Shown here one piece after another: positions 9,135 to 20,299 of a stretch of DNA of 33,245 nucleotides. The notes below the pieces were generated by a model. The model did no database searches and was not told the origin of the DNA. It saw only the letters and a list, made by a program, of their open reading frames with translations. Source of the stretch: Phycisphaeraceae bacterium (GTDB taxonomy: Bacteria; Planctomycetota; Phycisphaerae; Phycisphaerales; Zrk34); NCBI GenBank assembly GCA_040905565.1, contig JBBDRF010000047.1, positions 1 to 33,245 on the forward strand, read 5' to 3'. Position 1 is the first letter of the stretch. Each line of letters opens with the position of its first letter. Made by a program: the position numbers and the translations under genes.

Positions 9135-10058
9135 ATGGGACTCTTTCGCAGTACGTTCGACAAGATCAAGCAGGGCCTGGCGAAGACGCGTGATGTGCTT
9201 AGCGAAGACGTCCGCGTGCTGTTGCAGGATCAGCTGCTCAGCGACGAACTCATTTTCGACCTGGAAAAACGGCTGATTCAGTCGGACATCGGCGTGAAGA
9301 CGGCGATGAAGCTGATCACCGATATCCGCTCAGCTCACAAAGCGGGCGAGATGAAAACGGGCGACGAAGCGCTCGAATTTCTCAAGCGCGAACTCGGCGG
9401 CATGTGGTCCGACGCGGACCGTCATATTCATTTCGCGGCTGAGGGGCCGACTGTCATTCTGGTCGCGGGCATCAACGGGGCGGGCAAGACGACAAGCATT
9501 GCGAAGATCGCCAAGTCGCTGCGTGATGAGAACCGCACGGTGATTCTTGCAGCCTGCGATACGTTCCGGGCCGCGGCGGTGGAGCAACTGGAAACGTGGG
9601 CGAACCGGCTGGGCGTGGAAGTGGTCAAGGGCCAGCACGGCGGCGACCCCGCAGCGGTCGCGTTCGACGCAGCAGAGGCGGCCATCTCACGCAAGGCCGA
9701 CGTGCTGCTGGTCGACACGGCTGGGCGGCTGCACACGCAGGATCATCTGATGCGGCAGCTGACGAAGATCCGTGACGTGGTCGCGCGCAAGATTCCCGGA
9801 GCCCCGCACGAGGTGCTGCTGGTGCTCGATGCCACCACGGGCCAGAACGCCATTCAGCAGGCGAAGCTCTTCAAGCAGGCGATCGACGTGACCGGCATCT
9901 TCCTGGCCAAACTCGACGGCACCGCGCGCGGCGGCATGGTCGTCGCCATCCGCGAACAAGTCGACATCCCCGTCAAGTTCATCGGCGTCGGCGAAACACC
10001 CGACGACGTCGAACCCTTCGAACCCGAACGCTTCATCGAAGCGATGTTCGCAGAGTGA
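9135..10058 (+). CDS. ftsY: Signal recognition particle receptor FtsY (short NG-only form)
   Basis: [38 protein letters not shown]. Start at ATG 9135 ([19 protein letters not shown]) preferred over GTG 9087. Confidence 0.96.
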   Translation: MGLFRSTFDKIKQGLAKTRDVLSEDVRVLLQDQLLSDELIFDLEKRLIQSDIGVKTAMKLITDIRSAHKAGEMKTGDEALEFLKRELGGMWSDADRHIHFAAEGPTVILVAGINGAGKTTSIAKIAKSLRDENRTVILAACDTFRAAAVEQLETWANRLGVEVVKGQHGGDPAAVAFDAAEAAISRKADVLLVDTAGRLHTQDHLMRQLTKIRDVVARKIPGAPHEVLLVLDATTGQNAIQQAKLFKQAIDVTGIFLAKLDGTARGGMVVAIREQVDIPVKFIGVGETPDDVEPFEPERFIEAMFAE

Positions 10059-10247
10059 TGGGAATGTGTGAAGGGTGTTGAGGTTTGACGGGGCATCTGG
10101 GGAGGGCGGCCGGGCTGGGGAGAGCGGGGCCCTGTTGTGGTCGGGGAGGGGCGGGCCTGATATCCAGCCAAGTCGTGTACAGTAGTTCTGGCTTCTCGCA
10201 GCATCCGGCCTATAATCAAATCCACTACGGCTGGGAGGGTCATTTCC

Positions 10248-12695
10248 ATGGCGCAGGATATCGGTTCGGCGGGCACATCCAGAAGGGCGGCCCCTAGGGA
10301 CCACCTTGCGGCGATCGTCGAATCTTCCGATGACGCGATCATCAGCGAAGACCTTAACGGCATCATCACCAGCTGGAACGCAGGTGCCCAGCGGCTATAC
10401 GGCTATACCGCTGAGGAAACGATCGGTTGCCCTGCTTCCATACTGGTGCCCGCGCCGCAGCAGGACGAGATTCCCAGCATCATCGAGCGTCTGCGCCGGG
10501 GCGAGCGCGTGGGCCATTACGAGGCGGTCCGCCAGGCGAAGAACGGGCAACGGCTTGTCGTCTCTTTGACCGTATCGGCCATCAGGGGCAGCGATGGCCG
10601 GATCATCGGCGCCTCGGAGGTCGGCCGCGACAACACACAGCGGAAGCAGGCTGAGCAGGATCTGGCCAGGCAACTGATGGATCAGCAGCGCCTGCGGGAG
10701 ATGAGCAGCCGGCTGAGCCTCAGTGGCGATACCCAGACGCTGTACAGGGAACTGATTGACGCGGCGATGGAGATCATGGGAGCGGCTTGTGGCACGATGC
10801 AGACAGTCGACGGGGAAACAGGCGAGCTATGTCTGCTCGAAACCCATGGCATTCCTCAGCAGATGCGAAACGACTTTGCCAGGGTGTCGCCGGGTGCGGC
10901 CACGTCGTGCGGTGAGGCGCTGAGGCGGGGTGAGCGGGTACTCGTGGACTATGCGGATGACGCGCGGGTTGCGGGTACGGAGGATGCACGAGCACACCTT
11001 GATGCGGGGATCCGGTCGGCGCAGTCGACGCCGCTGGTGGCGCGTTCGGGGCGACTGGTGGGCATGCTTACGACGCAGTGGCGCCGCTCGAGTCCGATTG
11101 CTGATCGGCAACTTTACCTGCTGGACATTCTGGCGCGACAGGCATCGGACGTTATCGAGCGTGTTCAGACGGAAGAGACGCTGCGTCAGAACGACGAGCG
11201 GTTGCGGTTTACGCTCGAGGCGACGGAGTTCGGCAGTTGGGAGCTTGATCTTTCCGAGGCCAAGCCGTCGGCAACGCGACGCTCACTGAAGCACGACGAG
11301 ATTTTCGGGTACGACCAAGCCGTGCCGACGTGGAACTATGACATCTTCCTTGAGCATGTACTTGAGGAAGATCGTGATCATGTGTCTCGTCAGCTGGACG
11401 AGGCTTTGCACGAGACGGGCCGGTGGGAGTTTGAGTGCCGAATCCGCCGGGCGGACACCGGGCAAGTGCGGTGGATCTGGGCGCGTGGACAGGTGATTGA
11501 GGCGTGGTGTAAGCCGAGGCGGATGCTCGGTCTGGTGCAGGATATCACCGAGCGCAAAGACGTGGAGCAGAAGCTGCGCGAAAGCGAAGCGCGGGAGCGG
11601 GCACGGGCGGATGAACTGGCGGCTTTACTGGAGTCCGTGCCGGCTGTGGTCTGGATTGGTCACGACCCGGAGTGTCGGCGGATTACGGGTAGTCGGGCAG
11701 GCTATGAACTGCTGGGGATGAGCCCCGACAGCAATATGTCGCTAAGCGCGCCGGAGTCTGAGCGTCCGAAACATTTCGCGTGCCACAGTGAAGGCAGGCG
11801 GTTGCCTCCGGACGAGCTGCCGTTACAGCGTGCGACGCGAGGCGAGGTGGTGCGTGATTACGAAATGGAGATTCGCTTCACCGATGGGGTGAAGCGGCAT
11901 CTGTTTGGAAACGCGGTCCCGCTGCGCGACGAACAGGGGCAGGTGCGTGGGGCGGTGGGCGCGTTCATCGACGTGACGCAGGCACGTCGAATCGTGGCGC
12001 AACTTGAGGAGCTGACGCAGACGCTGGAGCAGCGTGTGATGGATCGCACGGCGGAAGCGAAGCAGCGGGCGAGACAACTGCAGTTAATGGCCAAGGAACT
12101 GACCGATGCTGAGCATCGCGAACGTCGGCGGTTGGCGCAGTTGCTGCACGATGATCTTCAGCAGATTCTGGTGGCGTCGAAGATGCGACTACGGTCCGCC
12201 GACCATCCCGCTGCGGAATTGATTGACCAGGCAATCCAGACGACCCGCTCGCTGAGCACAGAGCTTGCGCCGCCGGTCCTGTTCGACGTTGGACTTCGTG
12301 CGGGGATGGAATGGCTGGCGCGTTGGGTGCGCGGCAAGTATCAACTGGAGGTCGATGTCCGCAGCGACGGATCGGAGCCGGTCGAGGACGAACAGCTTCG
12401 CGTGCTGTTGTTCGAAGCGGTGCGGGAACTGTTATTGAACGTGGTCAAGCACTCAGGGGTCGCCGAGGCGAGCGTGACGCTGCGGCGGCATGGGCAGCAG
12501 GTGGAGGTACAGGTCGAGGACTCGGGCGCGGGGTTCGATCCCGTGGCGCGTCGCGCTAGTGCCAACCCGTCGGGCTTCGGGTTGTTCTCGCTTCAGGAGC
12601 GGCTGGAACTCATCGGGGGCCACGTGCAGATCGACAGCGCCCCGGGCAAGGGCACGCGGATTGGGATCTCGCTTGCCGTTCCGTCCATGCGCTGA
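10248..12695 (+). CDS. Cytoplasmic PAS-GAF-PAS-PAS sensor histidine kinase (HisKA_3/NarX-like class)
   Basis: AAIVESSDDAII PAS, GAF (QSTPL...GML), DITERK PAC ends, ERRRLAQLLHDDLQQ H-box, ELLLNVVKH, DSGAGF, GFGL; no TM segment. Confidence 0.93.
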   Translation: MAQDIGSAGTSRRAAPRDHLAAIVESSDDAIISEDLNGIITSWNAGAQRLYGYTAEETIGCPASILVPAPQQDEIPSIIERLRRGERVGHYEAVRQAKNGQRLVVSLTVSAIRGSDGRIIGASEVGRDNTQRKQAEQDLARQLMDQQRLREMSSRLSLSGDTQTLYRELIDAAMEIMGAACGTMQTVDGETGELCLLETHGIPQQMRNDFARVSPGAATSCGEALRRGERVLVDYADDARVAGTEDARAHLDAGIRSAQSTPLVARSGRLVGMLTTQWRRSSPIADRQLYLLDILARQASDVIERVQTEETLRQNDERLRFTLEATEFGSWELDLSEAKPSATRRSLKHDEIFGYDQAVPTWNYDIFLEHVLEEDRDHVSRQLDEALHETGRWEFECRIRRADTGQVRWIWARGQVIEAWCKPRRMLGLVQDITERKDVEQKLRESEARERARADELAALLESVPAVVWIGHDPECRRITGSRAGYELLGMSPDSNMSLSAPESERPKHFACHSEGRRLPPDELPLQRATRGEVVRDYEMEIRFTDGVKRHLFGNAVPLRDEQGQVRGAVGAFIDVTQARRIVAQLEELTQTLEQRVMDRTAEAKQRARQLQLMAKELTDAEHRERRRLAQLLHDDLQQILVASKMRLRSADHPAAELIDQAIQTTRSLSTELAPPVLFDVGLRAGMEWLARWVRGKYQLEVDVRSDGSEPVEDEQLRVLLFEAVRELLLNVVKHSGVAEASVTLRRHGQQVEVQVEDSGAGFDPVARRASANPSGFGLFSLQERLELIGGHVQIDSAPGKGTRIGISLAVPSMR

Positions 12696-12733
12696 GACGT
12701 TGCCGTTTTGTCTCGCATCATCGTCGGGCGCGC

Positions 12734-13324
<591 letters not shown>

Positions 13325-13335
13325 GGCGACTACTT

Positions 13336-14304
13336 TCAAACGTGTGAAGGGGCGACTTTCATCGGCATGGTGGGCAGCATGAGGGCGGCGGTGCCGATGG
13401 CGATGCCGACGAGGATGTCGATGACGTAATGGCAGCCGTGGGTGACGGCGGTGACGAGGACGAGGGAGTTGAGCACGACGGCGGCGGGGAGCAGTTTGGG
13501 CCAGGGGCGGAAAGCGGCGGTGAGGATGACGGCCCAGGCGGCGTGGAAGGAGGGGAACGTGACGAGACCGGTGAAGATGAACAGGTGGATGGTGCGATCT
13601 TCGCCGGTGTGCAGGCCGTTGAAGAGGCTGATGTAGTGATTCTGAAACGCCGTGGGTGCGGTTTCTGGGGTGAGCGACGGGCCGACGGCTGGGAAGAAGC
13701 GGAACAGGAGAATCGTGGCGAAGACGGCGAGCAGCAGTTGCAGGGCAAAGCGCCAGCTGCCGACGACGTCGTGGCGGCGTGCGTAGAGCAGGGCGATGAG
13801 CACGGTCTGCGGCATCAGGGATTCATAGACGGCGAACAGGCCGTAGTTCAGCAGCGCCGGCTTCTGGGCCCAGGCGATCCAGGCGGCGGCGTCGACGCCG
13901 AGCGCGCGGTCGATGGCGGCGAGTTGGGGATCGACGAGGGGCACGCCGTGCATGGCGATGAGGGCGGTGAGGGCGTTGCCGACGAATGCGAGGGAGAGGA
14001 CGGTGGCGAGGGTGGCGAGGCCGAGTGCGATGCGGGGCGCGCGGCGGCGCAGGCGGCGGACGATGAGGTAAGCGGGGATGAGGATGCCGAACGCGAGCGA
14101 CCATTGCAGGGGCGCGGGGCGGGCGTTGAGCATGAGCGCGAGGGTGAGGATGAGCAGCAGTGCGAGGGCGAGCAGGGCGGTGACGATGGCGGCGAGCGGC
14201 GCAGCAGCCGAGCCTCCGGGCAACGCGGCCGGACCTGCTTGGGCTGCGTCGGTGATGACGCGGCTGGGGTCTGGCGGTGGGGCGTTATCCGGAGGCTCGG
14301 CCAT
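13336..14304 (-). CDS. PAP2-superfamily membrane protein (Aur1/IPC-synthase-like phosphoesterase)
   Basis: About 8 TM segments; D-x2-L-x3-D-x2-LG, FPAVGP, TFPSFH and HYVIDILVG motifs. Confidence 0.85.
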   Translation of the reverse strand: MAEPPDNAPPPDPSRVITDAAQAGPAALPGGSAAAPLAAIVTALLALALLLILTLALMLNARPAPLQWSLAFGILIPAYLIVRRLRRRAPRIALGLATLATVLSLAFVGNALTALIAMHGVPLVDPQLAAIDRALGVDAAAWIAWAQKPALLNYGLFAVYESLMPQTVLIALLYARRHDVVGSWRFALQLLLAVFATILLFRFFPAVGPSLTPETAPTAFQNHYISLFNGLHTGEDRTIHLFIFTGLVTFPSFHAAWAVILTAAFRPWPKLLPAAVVLNSLVLVTAVTHGCHYVIDILVGIAIGTAALMLPTMPMKVAPSHV

Positions 14305-14360
14305 GGCGGATCGCTGATGCTGGTCGGCGGAAACGGCGATCTGCGATCGCCCGCTAACGG

Positions 14361-16055
<1,695 letters not shown>

Positions 16056-16164
16056 AGCAGCACTCCGCAACCAGTTCGGGGGTTCGACCGGGCCGTCATG
16101 GCCCGACTTTTTCCGCAGTGGACGTAACAGCGTGTGGCGCTACAGCCTCTGCGACGTTCATTTT

Positions 16165-18096
16165 TCATCGCGACACCCCCGGCCGAACGACCGATGAGGG
16201 GTTCGCGTTACGATGGGCCTTGGCCAATTCCAAGCGGCGCAGCAGGGGCGTCGGCTCGTCGTTGGCGGGCGTGTTCATGCGTGCCTTTTCTTCGCGGTAC
16301 TCCCGCTCGGCACGATATTTTTCGAGCGTTCGTGCACATCGCCTGAGCATTTCCAGGCGTTGCTCGCCGTCGTGTCGACTGAGCGTATCGACTTCGAGCT
16401 GCATGTCCATGGCGGCTCGGAGCTTGGCTTCGTCGTTATCAAACACGTCGCGAAAATCGGCGGGCTGAAGATCGTCATGATCGCCCAGCCAGGTGTAAAC
16501 CGAATCGTAAACCGCCCGCACGTGTTCGTCGGCGAAATCGCTGGGCAGCACGGATTCATCCATCGTGCGACCGTCGGGCATAAGCTCGTGGAACAGGGCT
16601 GCGTCGTTCAGCAGACACCCCACGATATGCCGCTCGGCGACCTGTTGCGCCCCCATGTCGCGTCTGTTTTGTGGCGGAACGATGTCGCCGGGCAACTCGT
16701 GATCGTCGTGGTCGATGGTGGGGTCTGGCGCGGTGGGGGGGGCGGGGCGGCGTCGGGCGTTGGCGGTGAGGCGGCGGATCATGGCGTCGACCTCGCCGGT
16801 GCTGACACGCAGCAGTTCCGCGAGGTGGGCGATGACCAGGCCCTTGCGGCTGGTGTCCAGCTGCGCGAGACCGAGCCCCACGAGCGTCCGCAGATATTCT
16901 TCGATGATGCGCTGCCGGCCGGTGAGCGAATCGGTCTGATCAAATGCCTTTTGCACGCGATCGAACTGGAACCGCATGGCGTCGACGGCCTGGTCAACCG
17001 CATCGTCCCAGCGAGCGAGGCCGGCTTCGTCGGCGAGCAGGTCGGCGGGGTCCAGGCCGTCGGGCAGGACGGCGATGTGGACGTCGAGATTCTCTTCAAA
17101 GAAGACGTTCAGGGCGCGGTCGGCCGCTTTCTGGCCTGCTTCGTCGGCATCGAAGACGAGGACGACACGATCGCAGTAGCGTCGCAGCTGCCTGGCGTGT
17201 TCTTTGGTGAGGGCGGTGCCGAGCGTGGCGACGACGTTGGCGCGGTCTGCCTGGTGGGCGGCGACGACATCGGTGTAGCCTTCGACGATGACGGCGGTGC
17301 GTTTGGCGATGATCGTCTGCTGCGCCAGGTGCAGGCCGAAGAGCGTGGCGGACTTGTTGAAGAGGGGTGTTTCGGGGCTGTTGAGGTATTTCGCGTCGCT
17401 TTTGTCGCCGAGTTTGGAATCGGGGAGGGTGCGGCCGCCGAAGGCGATGGGGCGGCCGAGCGTGTCGCAGATGGGGAAGATCAGGCGATGGCGGAGGCGA
17501 TCGTATTGACCGTTGCCGGATTTGCGGTTGGCGATGAGGCCGGCCTGTTCGAAGGCGTGGGCGTCCCACCGCTGCTGCTGGACCTGACCTGCGAGGGCGT
17601 CCCATGCGTCGGGGGCACAGCCGATGCCGAACGCTTCGACCATGGCGTCGCTGATGCCGCGGCTGGTGACGTAGTCCCGGGCGATCTTGCCGAGCGATGC
17701 GTCGGTGTAGGTTTGCTTGAAGAAACGCTGGGCGAGCTGGTTGGCCTGCTGGATGCGCTGTCGGGGCGAGGGGCCTTCGTCGCCTTCGCCTGATGTGCCG
17801 GCTGAGCGTTTGGGCAGCTTGATGTTGTTGCGTTCGGCGAGATGTTCAAGGGCTTCGGGGAAGGACATCTTGTGATAGCCCATCATGAAGCTGAACGCGT
17901 CGCCGCCTGCGCCGCATGAGAAGCATTTGTAGATCTGCTTGCTGGGCGAGACGTACATGGAGGGGTTTTTGTCTTCGTGGAACGGGCAGAGGCCGACGAA
18001 CTCTTTGCCGCGGGGGCGCAGAGAAACGTGGTCGCCGATGAGGCGGACCAGGTCGCTCGCTTCGAGCACTCGACGTTTTGCGTCATCACGATCCAA
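16165..18096 (-). CDS. dnaG: DNA primase
   Basis: CHC2 zinc finger (CPFHEDKNPS...CFSC), FGGR, KYLNSPET, Toprim VEGYTD/DADEAG; TTG start with AGAGGG upstream. Confidence 0.97.
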   Translation of the reverse strand: MDRDDAKRRVLEASDLVRLIGDHVSLRPRGKEFVGLCPFHEDKNPSMYVSPSKQIYKCFSCGAGGDAFSFMMGYHKMSFPEALEHLAERNNIKLPKRSAGTSGEGDEGPSPRQRIQQANQLAQRFFKQTYTDASLGKIARDYVTSRGISDAMVEAFGIGCAPDAWDALAGQVQQQRWDAHAFEQAGLIANRKSGNGQYDRLRHRLIFPICDTLGRPIAFGGRTLPDSKLGDKSDAKYLNSPETPLFNKSATLFGLHLAQQTIIAKRTAVIVEGYTDVVAAHQADRANVVATLGTALTKEHARQLRRYCDRVVLVFDADEAGQKAADRALNVFFEENLDVHIAVLPDGLDPADLLADEAGLARWDDAVDQAVDAMRFQFDRVQKAFDQTDSLTGRQRIIEEYLRTLVGLGLAQLDTSRKGLVIAHLAELLRVSTGEVDAMIRRLTANARRRPAPPTAPDPTIDHDDHELPGDIVPPQNRRDMGAQQVAERHIVGCLLNDAALFHELMPDGRTMDESVLPSDFADEHVRAVYDSVYTWLGDHDDLQPADFRDVFDNDEAKLRAAMDMQLEVDTLSRHDGEQRLEMLRRCARTLEKYRAEREYREEKARMNTPANDEPTPLLRRLELAKAHRNANPSSVVRPGVSR

Positions 18097-18283
18097 TGAA
18101 AACCCTCTGCGCGCGGGGTCAGCCGCGGCGATTGCGTACCTGCCTTGAACAAGATTTCAGCGACGACCGACACCCCGCGACGCATGAAAGTGCGGGGGGA
18201 AAGGCTCTGGCGGACGGCTGGGACCGAATGGTGGGTGGGTCTCCAGGCCGTTGCCTTTCCGCGGCGTATTTTACGACCCTCTA

Positions 18284-18311
18284 AACATAGCACCGCAAAT
18301 GCGCTAGTCAA
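18284..18311 (-). promoter_or_regulatory. Candidate sigma-70 promoter for dnaG-rpoD
   Basis: Minus strand TTGACT-N16-TATGTT with extended -10 TGn. Confidence 0.5.
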
Positions 18312-18546
18312 ACGCAGTATCACAAAAGTTTTGTCTTCTGTGCGTTTCTGCCATCGGGCTGTATCTGCTCGTTCCGGACGGGCATGTGAGTTTATTGGGG
18401 CGGGGGGCGATCCGATGACCGGCCTCCGGCGTAATACTGTTTCGCGGCAGAAGGAGCCGGTGTCGCCAACCCGGTCGTGCCGGAAACACTTTTCAGGGGC
18501 TGGCATTGATGGGTAATTCTGCACGCACGCGGAGGCGCGACGCCGG

Positions 18547-18572
18547 ACCGCTCCCTTACGGTCGCGGCTCGT
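18547..18572 (-). repeat. REP-like hairpin family A, solo copy
   Basis: Reverse complement ACGAGCCGCGACCGTAAGGGAGCGGT, identical to the cores at 20244-20269 and 23098-23123. Confidence 0.9.
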
Positions 18573-18596
18573 AGTCGGCCCCTGCCGCTCGCTTCC

Positions 18597-18625
18597 TTGA
18601 CCGGTGCCACGGGCGAAGTTACCGT
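18597..18625 (+). promoter_or_regulatory. Candidate sigma-70 promoter for purF
   Basis: TTGACC-N17-TACCGT, 50 nt upstream of ATG 18676. Confidence 0.45.
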
Positions 18626-18675
18626 GCGGACGCCCTGACCAGCCCCTCCACCAGCTCTCCCAAAGTGCGGTTGCC

Positions 18676-20103
18676 ATGGACATTGAGAAAAAAGAAAAGT
18701 GCGGCGTCTTCGGGATCTGGGGTCACGAAGATGCTGCTGCACGCTCCTATTACGCCCTTTACGCCCAGCAGCATCGCGGGCAGGAATCGGCTGGGATCGC
18801 CGTCACCGATGGCAAATCCATCCAGGCGCACGTCGGGATGGGGCTGGTGAGCGAAGTATTTTCGCCTCGCATCCTCACCGAACTCGAAGGCCAGGCTGCG
18901 ATCGGCCACAACCGTTATTCGACGACGGGCTCTTCGCAGAGCTGCAATGCGCAGCCGCTGCTGCAGTCGTTCAAGGCGGGGCAGATCGCGATCGGTCACA
19001 ACGGCAACCTCGTGAACGCGGGCCTGCTGCGGCAGGGCTTCGAGGAACGCGGCCACCTGTTCCAGACGACGACCGACACCGAGATCATCCTGCATCTGCT
19101 GGCTGCTCCGAACCATGCTGACAAGGCGGACCCGCTCTATCACGCGCTGCAGCATCTGCAGGGCGCGTATTCGCTGGTGCTGCTTTACAACGATCGCATC
19201 GAAGCGGTGCGCGATCCGTGGGGGTTCCGGCCGCTGGTGCTTGGCGAGACCGAAGAGGGCAAGCCTTGCGTGGCTTCGGAATCGGTGGCGCTCGATGCGA
19301 TCGGGGCGCGGACGGTTCGGGAGATTGAGCCGGGCGAGATTGTGACGCTTTCGGATGCCGGGGTGACCACCCGCCGGTTCGCAGAGAAGATTCAGCCGGC
19401 GCATTGCGTTTTCGAGCATGTCTACTTTGCGAACCCGTCGAGCAAGATTTTCGGCGACACGGTGCAGATCGTCCGCGAACGCTTCGGCGAGCAGATGGCG
19501 AACGAGTCGCCGGTGGATGCGGACTTCGTGATGCCGATGCCCGACTCGGGCCGATCGGCAGCGATGGGGTTCGCCCGTGAATCAGGCTTGCCGCTGCGGG
19601 AAGGCATCGTGCCGAACCGCTACGTGGGGCGGACGTTCATTCAGCCGACGCAGGCGCAACGCAATCTGGCGGTGCAGCTGAAGCTGAACGTGGTCGGCGA
19701 AGTGGTCAAGGATAAACGCATCGTGGTCGTCGATGACTCGATCGTGCGCGGCACCACGACACGCGGCAAGATGGCGCAGCTACGCAAGGCGGGGGCGAAG
19801 GAAATTCACTTCCGTATCTCCTGCCCGCCCATCCGCAACCCCTGCTACTTCGGCATCGACTTCCCCGATCCCGCTCAGCTGATCGCGAACAACCGCACGG
19901 TGGACGAGATCGCGGAGTACCTCGGCGTGGATTCGCTGGCGTACCTTTCGCTAGATGGGATGCTTGATTGCGTTTCGCTGCCGAAGTCCAGCTACTGCAC
20001 CGCCTGCTTCTCGGGCAAGTATCGGCTGGAGGTCGACAAGCCCATCCGCAAGCTGGATCTTGAACGCCATCAGATGAAGATGTTCAGTACGGGGAACCGG
20101 TGA
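18676..20103 (+). CDS. purF: Amidophosphoribosyltransferase
   Basis: Propeptide then KEKCGVFG (Ntn Cys), QHRGQESAG, GHNRYST, HNGN, VVVDDSIVRGTT, Fe-S Cys motifs (CYFGID, YCTACF). Confidence 0.97.
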   Translation: MDIEKKEKCGVFGIWGHEDAAARSYYALYAQQHRGQESAGIAVTDGKSIQAHVGMGLVSEVFSPRILTELEGQAAIGHNRYSTTGSSQSCNAQPLLQSFKAGQIAIGHNGNLVNAGLLRQGFEERGHLFQTTTDTEIILHLLAAPNHADKADPLYHALQHLQGAYSLVLLYNDRIEAVRDPWGFRPLVLGETEEGKPCVASESVALDAIGARTVREIEPGEIVTLSDAGVTTRRFAEKIQPAHCVFEHVYFANPSSKIFGDTVQIVRERFGEQMANESPVDADFVMPMPDSGRSAAMGFARESGLPLREGIVPNRYVGRTFIQPTQAQRNLAVQLKLNVVGEVVKDKRIVVVDDSIVRGTTTRGKMAQLRKAGAKEIHFRISCPPIRNPCYFGIDFPDPAQLIANNRTVDEIAEYLGVDSLAYLSLDGMLDCVSLPKSSYCTACFSGKYRLEVDKPIRKLDLERHQMKMFSTGNR

Positions 20104-20112
20104 AGCCAGACG

Positions 20113-20269
20113 ACGAGCCGCGACCGTGAGGGAGCGCTTGTGGTTTGGGCGCCCGGGGTGGTGAGCGGCGGTCTATTGGGTGGGGGCCTTTGGTATTCTG
20201 GACCGCGACACGTGTGACGAAGCGCGCGGTGGTTTTGCGCACAACCGCTCCCTTACGGTCGCGGCTCGT
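20113..20269. repeat. Inverted doublet of family A REP-like units (REPIN/MITE-like)
   Basis: 20113-20142 and 20240-20269 are inverted copies (28/30 match) with a 97-nt spacer, between convergent purF and the ABC ATPase. Confidence 0.9.
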
Positions 20270-20299
20270 ATTCAACGCTCGCTGGGGCGCTTAGGCGGT

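Noticed and set aside
18312..18675. Known purine-related riboswitch (ZTP, PRPP/ykkC, guanine) upstream of purF
   Set aside because: The conserved core sequences of these families could not be found by eye.
17883..18742. ORFs in the dnaG-purF gap, some containing SRDRKGA/RAATVRER
   Set aside because: The peptides are translations of repeat family A; no RBS, codon bias or domain support.
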